A stretch of DNA of 64,000 nt from an uncultured Clostridia bacterium (GTDB taxonomy: Bacteria; Bacillota; Clostridia; Christensenellales; CAG-138): positions 14,946 to 78,945 of the forward strand of contig CAMPAN010000002.1 in NCBI GenBank assembly GCA_946631895.1. The letters run 5' to 3'. Under the pieces are notes generated by a model that saw only the letters and a program-made list of their open reading frames with translations, was not told the origin of the DNA and did no database searches. The position numbers and the translations under genes are program-made. Below are positions 23,496 to 33,577 of this stretch, in pieces. Position 1 is the stretch's first letter, and the number at the start of each line of letters is the position of its first letter.

Positions 23496-24722
23496 TCACA
23501 ATACGACATGGATCCGCATCTCCCTGCCGTCCGGGCAGGAGGCGGAGATTTTGCCGCCGTGCGCTTCGGCGACCGCCTTTGCGATCGAAAGACCGACGCC
23601 GGTTCCGCCGGATTCGCGGCTTCTGGATTCATCCGGACGGTAGAAACGGTCGAACAGGCGTTTGCAGTCCGGCGGCGTGTCATAATTACAGGGATTCTGC
23701 ACACAGATATGGATATGACCGCCCTTCTTCTCCAAAGAGAATCGGACGACCGCTTTCGGGGTGGAATACCGGATCGCGTTGTCGATCAGGACGGACAGCA
23801 GTTCGACGATCGCCGTTCGTTCCCCGTGCAGCGTGACGTCCGCCGCGATCTCCGGCGCGATCGACTTTTCCTGCGTGCGGGCGTGGGATTGAAAGGATTC
23901 GACGATCTCCCACGCGGCATCGCTCAGGGAAAAGGTCTCCTTGTTCGGAAGCGGGTTCGCCTCGTCCAGACGGGACAGGGTGACAAGCTCCCCGACGATC
24001 TTACTGAGCCGCTTCGTCTGCGTGCGGATATTGTCGGTCCATTCATCGTCGCCGTGTTCCAGCGTTACGATATCGAGACTCGTGCCGATGGAGGTCAGCG
24101 GCGTTTTCAGTTCGTGGCTTGCGTCGGTGATGAAACGCTTCTGCTGTTCCAGATTCTGCACAAACGGCTTGATCGCCTTCTTTGACAGCAGAAAGACCAG
24201 CAGAAAGATCAGCAGCATGCCCGAAAACGCGATCAGAAGGGAGACCGTCAGAAGCGATCCCATGAATTTCTGCTCGCGGGATACGTTCAGAAAGATGATG
24301 ACTGTTCCGTTCTCCCCGGAATGCTTGAGATAGCGATAGCTGTCGAGGAACCCGCGATCCTGCCGCCTGTTTTGGGCACGCTGCGCATATGCGGCGGCGG
24401 TTTCCCTGTCCACCGAAGCGATATACTGCATCAGCGGGGTCTGTATGCGTCCGTCCGCGTCGGTGCGTACCGTGAAGAATCGGGTCATGTATCGGAATTC
24501 CTGATCCGGCTGATTCGGAAACTCCGGCGCAGGCGCATCGCTTTCCTTTGCCGGTTCGTTTCGTCCCGCTTCAAATCGCAGCAGGGAATCCAGCGTTTCG
24601 TCCGCCTGCCGGACGACCGTATAGTAGTTTGTCACATTGATCAGCGCCACGATCAGAACCGTGACCGCAAAAAAGGCAGCCATCGCGACCGCAATGATGC
24701 GCCAACGCAGTTTTTTCAGCAT
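23496..24722 (-). CDS. Sensor histidine kinase
   Basis: Two TM segments, H-box ASHELKTPLTSI, N-box LLSVLIDNAIRYS, and G-boxes DRFYR / GGTGVGLSIAKAVAEAHGG. Confidence 0.85.
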   Translation of the reverse strand: MLKKLRWRIIAVAMAAFFAVTVLIVALINVTNYYTVVRQADETLDSLLRFEAGRNEPAKESDAPAPEFPNQPDQEFRYMTRFFTVRTDADGRIQTPLMQYIASVDRETAAAYAQRAQNRRQDRGFLDSYRYLKHSGENGTVIIFLNVSREQKFMGSLLTVSLLIAFSGMLLIFLLVFLLSKKAIKPFVQNLEQQKRFITDASHELKTPLTSIGTSLDIVTLEHGDDEWTDNIRTQTKRLSKIVGELVTLSRLDEANPLPNKETFSLSDAAWEIVESFQSHARTQEKSIAPEIAADVTLHGERTAIVELLSVLIDNAIRYSTPKAVVRFSLEKKGGHIHICVQNPCNYDTPPDCKRLFDRFYRPDESRSRESGGTGVGLSIAKAVAEAHGGKISASCPDGREMRIHVVL

Positions 24723-25393
24723 GAGATTACCTCCAGCGCATAGCCCGCGCCGCGGATCGTCCGGATCTCAACGTTCGCCCCGAGCGTCTTGAGCTTCTTT
24801 CGCAAAAACCCGATGTGCGTCCAGACCACATCCACTTCGGAGTCCGTATCATAGCCCCAGATCCGATCCATCAGATGCTCGGTTGAAAACACAAATCCCG
24901 GATGCGCGCTGAACAGCTCCATCAGTTGGTATTCCTTATTGGTCAAACGGATCCGATTGCTTCCGACGGACAGCTCATAGCGGTTGCCGTCCAGGGAAAG
25001 ATTCCCGATTTGTCTTACGGAATCGGTATACGCTTTGCTGCGCCTCGAAAGCGCCTTGACCCGCGCGATCAGTTCGACGGAGGCAAACGGCTTCGGGAGA
25101 TAATCGTCCGCACCGGCGTTCAGCCCGGCGACGCGATCTTCGATCTCCGCCTTCGCCGTCAAAAGGAGGATGGGCGTCGTCATGCGCTGCTTCCGGATCC
25201 GGCGCAGCACCTCCAGCCCGTCCATACCCGGCATCATGATATCCAGAACAATGACGTCGTACGGAACGGAGGACGCATAATCCCATGCGTCGATTCCGTT
25301 GTGCACGATGTCCACGGTATATTTTTCCCGCTCCAGCAGCAGCTTAAGCGCCTTTGCCGTCGCAATTTCGTCTTCCGCAATCAATACCCGCAT
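24716..25393 (-). CDS. OmpR-family response regulator
   Basis: MRVLIAEDE...VIVLDIMMPGMDG...LTAK receiver domain. The C-terminal winged helix has LT.KEYQLMELF...RGAGY. It overlaps the kinase start. Confidence 0.9.
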   Translation of the reverse strand: MRVLIAEDEIATAKALKLLLEREKYTVDIVHNGIDAWDYASSVPYDVIVLDIMMPGMDGLEVLRRIRKQRMTTPILLLTAKAEIEDRVAGLNAGADDYLPKPFASVELIARVKALSRRSKAYTDSVRQIGNLSLDGNRYELSVGSNRIRLTNKEYQLMELFSAHPGFVFSTEHLMDRIWGYDTDSEVDVVWTHIGFLRKKLKTLGANVEIRTIRGAGYALEVISC

Positions 25394-25682
25394 CCCGTTC
25401 TTCCTCTCTTTGCAGACAAGGCTGTGCCAGAAGCCGCCTTATATCTGACAGTATATCACAGATCCTCTGTGCTTTGGAAACGATTTTTATCGAATTGTAT
25501 CGTGCATACAGAATAACGGCGGAACTTGAAACGTACCTGAAATAGAAAACAGCATTCTTTTCAAATACGACACAGTTTTGACCGGCGCATTTCAAGTACA
25601 GTTCAGGAACCGCGTTTATGATACCGTTGTATAAAAGACTTAGGATCGGCAAAAAAGCCGAATCACCAAAAGGAGAACGCGA

Positions 25683-27383
25683 ATGGCAGCATCCAAACGC
25701 AGAAAACGCGGGCGCAAGGCGCTCGTCACCGTACTGATTATTCTTGCCGTGCTGATCGTTGCAGGCGCGGTCACGGTCAAGCTCCTGCGCGACCGTGTGA
25801 CGGAAGCGTACGGACAAAAGAATACCACCGAGATCCTGACCGCAACCGTCAGCCGCGGCAGCATCAGCACGACCATCTCCGGCAGCGGCGTGCTGTCGCA
25901 GCAGGAGGCGACCTCCGTTTCCGTACCGAGCGGCGTCGCCGTACAGACCGTACGGTTTGAAGTCGGCGACACGGTCAAGGAAGGCGACAAGCTCGCAAGC
26001 GTACACATGCCTTCGGTCCTGACCGCGATCAATGCGCTGCAGGAAACGCTGGACGATCTTGACAAGGAGATCGCAACCGCGGCAAAGGAGACGGTCGACA
26101 CCTATATCCGCTCGTCCGTCAATGGTCGTGTGAAGCAGATCTACTGCGCGGAGGGAGATTCCGTTCTCTCGGTCATGTATGCGCACAATGCGCTTATGGT
26201 CCTTTCGCTGGACGGGTATCTTTCCTTTGAAATCCCCGCGGGAACGCTTGCGGCAGGGGACGCCCTGACCGTCGCGCTGTCCGACGGGACCGAATTTGCG
26301 GGGACCGTCGATTCGGTTGCAGACGACACGGCGACCGTTCTGATCACGGACGACAAGCCGCTCGTCGGCGACACGGCGACGGCTTTGGACGCGGAGGGCA
26401 ATGCGCTCGGCGCCGGCGAACTTACGATCCATCAGCCGCTTTCGATCACGGGCTATGCGGGAACCGTCAATCGCATCAATGTGCGGGAAAATCAGATCGT
26501 CAATGCAAAAGCGATCCTGATTATGCTGAAGGATACGGCGTTTACCGCAAATTATGAAACGCTGCTCACAGAACGCGCCTCGTGCGAAGAGGCGTATAAC
26601 GATCTTGTCCGGCTGTATAAGGTCGGCGCGATCTATGCGCCGGTCTCCGGCAAGATCTCGACGCTTTCGGAAACGGAGAGCGAAGAAAACGAGGAGGACG
26701 AATGGACGCTCATGGAGATCGTTCCGCAGGAAAACATGATCGTTTCGGCGTCCGTCGACGAATCGGACGTCCTTGCGGTTTCGGTCGGACAGGAGGCAAG
26801 CGTCGTGATCTCCTCCATCGGGGAGGACGCCTTTACCGGCACGGTCACCGCGATCGAGCAGACCGGGACCAGCAGCAACGGCGTAACGACCTATGCCGTC
26901 GAGGTGACGATGGACCGCACGGAGAAGATGTACCCGAACATGAGCGCGACGGTCTCGATCCGGATCGAGGGCGTGGACGACGCGCTGATCGTACCGGAAA
27001 AGGCGGTCACGAAGACGCGGGATTCGGCATATGTGTATACCTCCGTGGATGAAACGACGGGCGAGCTTTCCGGCATGGTCGAGGTCGAGACCGGGCTGTC
27101 CGGCGGCGGATATATCGAAATCACAAGCGGACTCAAGGAGGGCGACACTGTTTACTATAAGGAAACGGCGACGAACGACTTTGCAAACTTCATGAACGGA
27201 TTCGGCGGCAACATGGGCGGATTCGGCGGAAATTCCGGCAACAGACCGGGTTCGGGCAGCTCCGGCGGATTCGGAGGCAATTCGGGCGGCATGCCCAATC
27301 CCGGCGGCAGCGGCGGCAACAGACCTTCCGGCAGCGGAAACGGCAGCGGCAGCGGAAGAAGACGCGGAAACGGCGGTGACTGA
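25683..27383 (+). CDS. HlyD/MacA-family periplasmic adaptor with Gly/Asn/Ser-rich tail
   Basis: N-terminal anchor helix. Barrel-sandwich motifs (VRFEVGDTVKEGDKLASV, VSGKIS). The C-terminus is a low-complexity GFGGNMGGFGGNSGNRPGSGSSGGFGGNSGG... segment. Confidence 0.7.
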   Translation: MAASKRRKRGRKALVTVLIILAVLIVAGAVTVKLLRDRVTEAYGQKNTTEILTATVSRGSISTTISGSGVLSQQEATSVSVPSGVAVQTVRFEVGDTVKEGDKLASVHMPSVLTAINALQETLDDLDKEIATAAKETVDTYIRSSVNGRVKQIYCAEGDSVLSVMYAHNALMVLSLDGYLSFEIPAGTLAAGDALTVALSDGTEFAGTVDSVADDTATVLITDDKPLVGDTATALDAEGNALGAGELTIHQPLSITGYAGTVNRINVRENQIVNAKAILIMLKDTAFTANYETLLTERASCEEAYNDLVRLYKVGAIYAPVSGKISTLSETESEENEEDEWTLMEIVPQENMIVSASVDESDVLAVSVGQEASVVISSIGEDAFTGTVTAIEQTGTSSNGVTTYAVEVTMDRTEKMYPNMSATVSIRIEGVDDALIVPEKAVTKTRDSAYVYTSVDETTGELSGMVEVETGLSGGGYIEITSGLKEGDTVYYKETATNDFANFMNGFGGNMGGFGGNSGNRPGSGSSGGFGGNSGGMPNPGGSGGNRPSGSGNGSGSGRRRGNGGD

Positions 27384-27386
27384 TCC

Positions 27387-28058
27387 ATGATCGTTCTGAA
27401 GGAAATCTCAAAAACCTATCGCATCGGCGACGAGGTCGTGAAAGCGCTGGATCATGCGTCGCTGACGATCGAAGCCGGCGAATTTGTGAGCATCATCGGA
27501 CCGTCCGGCAGCGGCAAGTCCACGATGATGAACATCATCGGCTGTCTGGACGTCGCGGATTCCGGCGAATACCTCCTGGACGGAACGCCGATCGAGGATT
27601 ATACCGAAAACGAGCTGGCAAAGGTCAGAAGCCGCAAGATCGGGTTCGTATTCCAGAGCTTCAACCTGATCCCGCAGCTTACGGCGTACGAGAACGTCGA
27701 GCTCCCGCTGATTTATCAGCGTGTCAAGAAGGCGGAGCGCAAGCGCCGCGTGACCGAAGCGCTGGAGCGCGTGCAGCTGACGTACCGCATGCATCATCTG
27801 CCGAGCGAGCTTTCCGGCGGTCAGCAGCAGCGTGTGGCGATCGCGCGGGCGATCGCGGCGCAGCCCGCTTTGATCCTTGCGGACGAACCGACGGGCAACC
27901 TCGATTCGCACACGGGACAGGAGATCATGAACATCTTTCACGAGCTGCACGAAGCCGGGAACACGATCGTGCTGATCACGCACGATCCGAACGTCGCAAC
28001 GCAGGCAAGCCGCTCGATCTATATTCTGGACGGCAGGGTGACGGAGGTGGGCGCATGA
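27387..28058 (+). CDS. MacB/LolD-type ABC transporter ATP-binding protein
   Basis: Walker [10 protein letters not shown], signature [14 protein letters not shown], Walker [13 protein letters not shown]. Confidence 0.9.
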   Translation: MIVLKEISKTYRIGDEVVKALDHASLTIEAGEFVSIIGPSGSGKSTMMNIIGCLDVADSGEYLLDGTPIEDYTENELAKVRSRKIGFVFQSFNLIPQLTAYENVELPLIYQRVKKAERKRRVTEALERVQLTYRMHHLPSELSGGQQQRVAIARAIAAQPALILADEPTGNLDSHTGQEIMNIFHELHEAGNTIVLITHDPNVATQASRSIYILDGRVTEVGA

Positions 28059-29245
28059 TTCAATCCGTTCGTATGGCATTGAAGTCGATCTCCGGCAACA
28101 AGATGCGCGCGTTTTTGACGATGCTCGGCATCATCATCGGCGTCATGGCGCTGGTCATTCTGGTAAGCCTGGTCAACGGCGCGACCGGCAACGTGCAGGA
28201 GCGGATCGCATCGCTCGGATCCGATATGATGACCGTCCGCATTTCGGACAACAAGGGCGACCCCGTTACGATCGACGACCTTTCCGACTGGATGAACGAC
28301 CCCAAGCTCGGCAGGATCGCGCCTGCCGCGAGCGAGAGCGTCATGGCAAAATCCGGCTCCGAGAACACGTCCGTGACCGTTTACGGCACCACCGCGCCGT
28401 ATGCGGACATTCAGAAGCTGACGGTTCTGGTCGGACGCTTTCTGAAAACGGTCGACGTCGACAACCATTCGTTCGTCTGCGTACTGAACGAAACGGCGGC
28501 AACCGAGATCTTCGGCTATGCCGACTGTGTCGGCGAGGACGTCTCGCTGAACGGCTACCGGTTCACGGTCGTGGGCGTACTGGAGGACAACGACGATTCC
28601 TTGACAAGCCCGTTTCGCAGCGGATCGCAGATCGCTTATATCCCCTATCCCTCGCTGATCCGGATCAGCACGTCCCAAACGGCGGAGATCACCTCCTTCT
28701 ATCTTTCCGCTGCGGACGGCGTGACGACCGACGACGCCAAGGCGCGCATGGAGGAGCTGCTTCTGGAACGGCTCGACAAGGACGACGACGCGTTTTCGAT
28801 CTCCTCGCAAAACGCGCTGGAAAACACGATGAATTCCGTCACGTCGGTCCTCGCGGTGTTATTGGGCGGGATCGCGGCGATCTCGCTGATCGTCGGCGGC
28901 ATCGGGATCATGAACATCATGCTCGTTACCGTGACGGAGCGCACCCGTGAGATCGGCATCCGCAAAGCGATCGGCGCAAGCCGCGGCGTCATTCTGCTGC
29001 AGTTTCTGGTCGAGGCGATCGTCATCTGCATGCTCGGCTGTGCGATCGGTATCCTGGGCTCATGGGGCGTTCTGATGCTCATCACCACGGTCGTGTCCGG
29101 CATCGACCTGACCTTCAAAATGTCCGGCGCGATCGTTCTGATCGCGGTCGGCTTCTGCTTCTTCATCGGCATCGTGTTCGGACTGTACCCCGCGAACAAG
29201 GCCGCGCGCATGGCGCCGATCGACGCGCTGCACTACGGCGGCTGA
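28055..29245 (+). CDS. FtsX/MacB-type ABC permease
   Basis: N-terminus ALKSISGNKMRAFLTMLGIIIGV, a large extracytoplasmic loop, and C-terminal RTREIGIRKAIGA...GLYPANKAARM. Confidence 0.85.
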   Translation: MIQSVRMALKSISGNKMRAFLTMLGIIIGVMALVILVSLVNGATGNVQERIASLGSDMMTVRISDNKGDPVTIDDLSDWMNDPKLGRIAPAASESVMAKSGSENTSVTVYGTTAPYADIQKLTVLVGRFLKTVDVDNHSFVCVLNETAATEIFGYADCVGEDVSLNGYRFTVVGVLEDNDDSLTSPFRSGSQIAYIPYPSLIRISTSQTAEITSFYLSAADGVTTDDAKARMEELLLERLDKDDDAFSISSQNALENTMNSVTSVLAVLLGGIAAISLIVGGIGIMNIMLVTVTERTREIGIRKAIGASRGVILLQFLVEAIVICMLGCAIGILGSWGVLMLITTVVSGIDLTFKMSGAIVLIAVGFCFFIGIVFGLYPANKAARMAPIDALHYGG

Positions 29246-29255
29246 GGAGGGAATT

Positions 29256-31988
29256 ATGAAAGCAAAGAAGATTCTGTATTCGATTTTACTGGTTCTGTTT
29301 TCCCTGATGCTTGCCGTTACGCTTGCGGTATATTTCCTGATTCCGGAAAGCGCGATCGCGCAAAGCGACGCCGCGACGGAACAGATGCAGAGCGGCAGAC
29401 CGTCCTTCTCCGGCGGAGACCTCCCGTCCATGCCCGACGGGTCCTCCGGCTTCTCAATGCCGGAGGGCGGGTTCAGCTTCCCGAGCGGCGAAACGCCGGA
29501 CTTTTCGGACGGAAGCTTCAGCTTCCCGAGCGGCGAAGCGCCGGACGGTTTTGACTTCAGCGGGAGCTTCCCGAGCGGCGAGGGCTTCCCGTCCCGACCC
29601 GACGGCGATTCCTCCGACGGCAGTACGCGTCCGTCCCGACCCGACAGCGGTTCCTCCGACGGAAGCGGCAGACGTCGTCCGGACAGCGGTTCTTCCGACG
29701 GCACGCAGACGACCGATACGGGTATTGCATCCGAGCTTGAAACGATCTTGCCGGCATGGCTCTTTAGCGCCGTGCTGTTTGTACGGCAATATTGGCTGTG
29801 GTTTTTGATCGGCTCGGCGACGGCGGTCGTGCTCTGCATCGTGCGGCTGATCTTCCTTGCGCGAAAAAGCAGGAAGCTGAAGGCGATGCGGGGCGACGAT
29901 TCTGACGACGATTCCACGCCGCGCAGAAAGATCGCCGTGTGGCCCGCGATCCTGTTTCTGATCGGCGCGCTTGTGCTGGTGGCGGTGCTGTTTCCCGCCG
30001 ATTCGACCAAATCGACCAATGAAGCGGTCGCTAAGGTCGAGGTGCTGTCCGGCGCGGTCGAACTGGGCTCCCTGACGGAAACGCTGATCGAATCGGGATT
30101 CCTTGCGGAGCAGGAAGCAGAAACGGTGACGCTGCCCGCCGCAGTCAAGCTGTCGGCGGTCTGCGTGCAGAACGGCGAGACCGTTACGGAGGGACAGATC
30201 GTCGCCAAGGTCGACAAAACGTCCGTGATGGTTGCGATCTCGGATGTTGAAGAAGCGATTTCCGATATCGACGCGCAGTTGCAGAAAGCACACGACGCCG
30301 TCGGAAAAACGACGCTCTCAGCAGCGGCGTCCGGAACGGTCAAGCAAGTCTATGCGAAGGTGGGCGACGACGCTTCCGACGTGATGGCGGAATACGGCAG
30401 TCTGCTTCTCCTCTCGCTGGACGGTCGGATGTCCGTGGAACTCCCCGCCGAAAACGGTCCTTCCGCAGACAGCGTACTGTATGTAATGCTTTCGGACGGC
30501 ACGGTCGTTCCCGGCGAGATCACCGATCGGTCGGAGGAGACCGTCACGGTTTCCGTACTCGATCAAAACTATCCGATCGGCGAGACGGTTTCCGTTTCGG
30601 ACGAAAGCGGCACGCTGTACGGCAGCGGTAAGCTCTCTGTGCACCGTCCTTTAAATGTGACGCAATATCTCGGCACCGTGACGCGCATCTACCGCGAGGA
30701 GGGCGCTGCGGTCGCCGCCGGCACGGTTCTCATCGGCTTGTCCGACGCTTCGGATACCGCAAATTACCGCACGCTTTTGGAACAGCGCGCCGAATACGAG
30801 ATCGAGCTGAAAACGCTGTTTGAGCTGTATCAGAATGAAGTGATCCTCGCGCCCGGAGACGGCGTCGTCTCCGGCATTTCGGAGGACGTTCCGTATCAAA
30901 CCGTTTCCGCGATCCTCGGCAGCGAACCGACTGTCCGCCGTCTTGCGACCTCGCCGATGGACGCTTCTCCTGCCGATTATGTGCACTATGTCGGGCAGGT
31001 AACGGGCAATGCGGGCGGTACGCTGTCCCTGAACATTGCCGCGGGTACCGTGTCGATCTCGGACTATACGAACGTTTCTTCCATTGCGAACGTTGAAATG
31101 AATATGCCTGGCACATATACGATTGCGTCCTCGGTGCCGGTTTACTCCTATACCGGATCGTGGGGCACGATCCCCGCGTCGTCGATCGCGGCGGGCGATC
31201 TGCTCGTCTTTGCGTTTGACGAAAACGGTACGCTGGTATGGGTGATCTGCTATCCCGGCGCGGCGCCGACGCCCACCCCAACACCGACGCCGACGCCGAC
31301 CCCGACGCCGGATCCTTCCGCAACGCCGGCGTCGAGCGCAGATCCGAGCGATGAGCCGTCTTCCCCGCAGCCCTCCGGGCAAGCTCCCAGACCGGGCGGC
31401 GGACACGGAGGAGGCGGGTTCAATATTCCCTCCGGCAGAGGCGGAGCTTCCTCGACCCCGGAACCGGCATACCGGATCGCCGAACAGACGCTGCTTTCGG
31501 TCACGCCGCAGCAAACAATGCTGCTGAACATCACGGTCGACGAACTGGACGTTCTGTCCGTCTCGGTCGGGCAAAGCGTATCAGTGTATCTCGACGCGCT
31601 TTCCGGCACGCATTTTGCGGGAACGGTCACGGAGATCGATTATGAAGGCGTCAACAGCGGCGGCAACACGAAATATACGGTTACGGTTGCGCTCGCACGA
31701 ACCGGTTCCATGCTGCCCGGCATGAACGGCACGGTCGTTATCTCCGGGGAAACGCACGTCAATACGCTGTTGATCCCCGTCGCGGCGCTGTATGAGACGG
31801 GCAATTCGGTCGTCGTTTATCGGGGATACGACCCGGAAACGGACGAACTTCTTGATCCCGTTCCGGTAACGACCGGCTTTTCCGACGGAACGAATGCGGA
31901 GATCCTTTCCGGACTCTCAGCAGGCGACGTCTTCTGGTACCGTTACGCGGATACTGTTTTTTACGCAACCGGCACGACCGAACAATAG
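29256..31988 (+). CDS. Second, enlarged HlyD-like adaptor with low-complexity inserts
   Basis: An anchor helix precedes repeats FSFPSGE(T/A)PD and SRPD..SSDGS. A second TM follows. Adaptor-like blocks are present (VQNGETVTEGQIVAKVD; C-terminal VSVGQSVSVYLDAL...GTVTEIDYEG...MNGTVVI). There is a (PT)n run encoded at ~31261-31310. Confidence 0.6.
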   Translation: MKAKKILYSILLVLFSLMLAVTLAVYFLIPESAIAQSDAATEQMQSGRPSFSGGDLPSMPDGSSGFSMPEGGFSFPSGETPDFSDGSFSFPSGEAPDGFDFSGSFPSGEGFPSRPDGDSSDGSTRPSRPDSGSSDGSGRRRPDSGSSDGTQTTDTGIASELETILPAWLFSAVLFVRQYWLWFLIGSATAVVLCIVRLIFLARKSRKLKAMRGDDSDDDSTPRRKIAVWPAILFLIGALVLVAVLFPADSTKSTNEAVAKVEVLSGAVELGSLTETLIESGFLAEQEAETVTLPAAVKLSAVCVQNGETVTEGQIVAKVDKTSVMVAISDVEEAISDIDAQLQKAHDAVGKTTLSAAASGTVKQVYAKVGDDASDVMAEYGSLLLLSLDGRMSVELPAENGPSADSVLYVMLSDGTVVPGEITDRSEETVTVSVLDQNYPIGETVSVSDESGTLYGSGKLSVHRPLNVTQYLGTVTRIYREEGAAVAAGTVLIGLSDASDTANYRTLLEQRAEYEIELKTLFELYQNEVILAPGDGVVSGISEDVPYQTVSAILGSEPTVRRLATSPMDASPADYVHYVGQVTGNAGGTLSLNIAAGTVSISDYTNVSSIANVEMNMPGTYTIASSVPVYSYTGSWGTIPASSIAAGDLLVFAFDENGTLVWVICYPGAAPTPTPTPTPTPTPTPDPSATPASSADPSDEPSSPQPSGQAPRPGGGHGGGGFNIPSGRGGASSTPEPAYRIAEQTLLSVTPQQTMLLNITVDELDVLSVSVGQSVSVYLDALSGTHFAGTVTEIDYEGVNSGGNTKYTVTVALARTGSMLPGMNGTVVISGETHVNTLLIPVAALYETGNSVVVYRGYDPETDELLDPVPVTTGFSDGTNAEILSGLSAGDVFWYRYADTVFYATGTTEQ

Positions 31989-32039
31989 CTTCCCGCGTAC
32001 GGGAAAACGTCGGATTTCACAGCATATCCGACGATATAA

Positions 32040-32076
32040 ACAGCTCCGGATGTCCCCTTCCCCCGGAGCTGTTTTC
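32040..32076 (+). terminator. Rho-independent terminator of the ABC/adaptor operon
   Basis: ACAGCTCCGG (32040-32049) / CCGGAGCTGT (32063-32072) stem followed by TTTCC. Confidence 0.6.
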
Positions 32077-32162
32077 CGTATCTGAAACATTTATCTGCAT
32101 TCATTCAGGGAATAAATGTAAAGCACACGGCAAACGCAATTTATCTGAAATAGCGTTTTTCA

Positions 32163-32191
32163 TTGTTTTTTGCAAATAAGTCCGATATAAT
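32163..32191 (+). promoter_or_regulatory. Candidate promoter of the WYL regulator gene
   Basis: TTGTTT, a 17-nt spacer, then a perfect TATAAT (32186-32191). The spacer contains CAAATAAGTCCG, similar to GCATAAGTCCG at 33338. Confidence 0.35.
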
Positions 32192-32266
32192 ATCCTTACA
32201 GTATGTTACGGCGAACGGCGATTGCAGGGCAGGAAACGTCCGTGCCGCCGGAAAGGATGTACATCC

Positions 32267-33277
32267 ATGGAAAAAGAGTCCGGATCGAAAAAAATCGCGC
32301 TGCTACGCATTCTGCAGATTTTGCAGGAGGAGACCGACGAAGCGCATCCGCTGACGCAGGAACAGATCGGGGAGATCCTGCGCGCAAAGTACGGCATCGT
32401 ACTGGAGCGCAAGGCGATCGCCGACAATCTGCGTCTGCTCGAGAAAGCGGGATACGACGTCGTATCGGAGCGAAGAAGAGGCAGTTATTTTGAACACGAA
32501 TTCGACTATACCGAGCTTCCCGTGCTGATCGACGCCGTGATGAACAGCCGGTATATCGCCAAAGGATACGCGGAAGATCTGGTCAAAAAGCTCAAAAGGC
32601 TGTCCAGTAAGCATTTTCACACTGCGGCAGGCCATATCGTGTCCGTCGGGGATAAGCACAGGACCGGCAATAAGGAAGTGTTTCTGAACCTGGAGCTGCT
32701 CGACGAGGCGATCGAAAACAAACGGCAGGTCGAGTTTTCCTATCGACAGCTGGGGTTCGGTCTGAAGCCGAAGAGCAGGTCCCGGCGCGTCAGTCCGTAC
32801 CGGCTGATCCTGTTTCAGGGGCAATACTACGTGCTGGGAAAAGAACACCGGAAATACGGTTACCAACCGGGCGTACGCGCCTTTCAGCTGGATCATATCA
32901 CAAAGGTCGCAATCCTCGAACAAAACACCGATTCGATCGAACCGGAAGATAAGGACAGTCTGAACGGCATCGAGATGCTGTCAATGTTTTACCCGGCTGC
33001 ACCGCTGCGCAAGGAGAAGCCCGAGCGGATCGAGCTGCTTTTGCGGGGGCCCGATGCGGTCGAGGCGTTTGTCGAGCAGTTCGGCGACTGTACCATGACC
33101 AGGCTGGACGATCCGAACCGATACATGGTAAAGGTCGAGGTCGAGGCGAATCCGACTGCGGTGGAGCAATGGGTGCTGCTGCATCTTTTCTACGCAAGGA
33201 TCCTTGCTCCGAGTTATCTGAAGGAATACTTCAATTATACATTACAGAGCGGGCTGATCCCGTTCCTGAAAGAATAA
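32267..33277 (+). CDS. HTH + WYL-domain transcriptional regulator
   Basis: N-terminal wHTH-like KIALLRILQILQEETDEAHPLTQEQIGEIL. The central WYL-like strand motif is VSPYRLILFQGQYYVLG. Confidence 0.65.
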   Translation: MEKESGSKKIALLRILQILQEETDEAHPLTQEQIGEILRAKYGIVLERKAIADNLRLLEKAGYDVVSERRRGSYFEHEFDYTELPVLIDAVMNSRYIAKGYAEDLVKKLKRLSSKHFHTAAGHIVSVGDKHRTGNKEVFLNLELLDEAIENKRQVEFSYRQLGFGLKPKSRSRRVSPYRLILFQGQYYVLGKEHRKYGYQPGVRAFQLDHITKVAILEQNTDSIEPEDKDSLNGIEMLSMFYPAAPLRKEKPERIELLLRGPDAVEAFVEQFGDCTMTRLDDPNRYMVKVEVEANPTAVEQWVLLHLFYARILAPSYLKEYFNYTLQSGLIPFLKE

Positions 33278-33329
33278 TCCGGGTCGAAAACAGGACGCGT
33301 CCTGACGGGCGCGTTCTTTTTATGTCCTT

Positions 33330-33416
33330 TTTTTCGTGCATAAGTCCGGAAACGGCGGTTTTTTGAAAATCGACCGGAAAAAACTCTGGATTTTCAAAAA
33401 ATCTGGTGTATATTCG
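33330..33416 (+). promoter_or_regulatory. Promoter/operator module, copy A (upstream of 33578)
   Basis: TCGTGCATAA ... TTTTTTGAAAATCGACCGGAAAAAAC ... TGGATT ... extended -10 TGTATATT (33407-33414). The architecture matches copies B and C. Confidence 0.45.
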
Positions 33417-33500
33417 ACAGGCAAAGGGAAAAAGGAGTGAAAAATGAGGATGTGGTATTTGTATGCGACCGTGCCGCATGCCGGGAATCGGGAAGGATGC

Positions 33501-33530
33501 GCGGATCCCGGACGGGACGATCCGCTTTTT
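33501..33530 (+). terminator. Leader hairpin + T-run (possible attenuator) between module A and 33578
   Basis: GCGGATC (33501-33507) / GATCCGC (33519-33525) followed by TTTTT. It lies within the ~160-nt leader. Confidence 0.35.
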
Positions 33531-33577
33531 CGGACAGGAGATCCGGTAAGATGTATTTGAAAGAGAGGGATTAAGAA

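Noticed and set aside
29440-31320. Short direct repeats (FSFPSGE-coding units and the CCGACGCCG-type PT run) as a possible CRISPR array or VNTR.
   Set aside because: The repeats are in-frame, contiguous or irregularly spaced, and encode low-complexity peptide inside a long ORF. There is no repeat-spacer periodicity and no cas genes.
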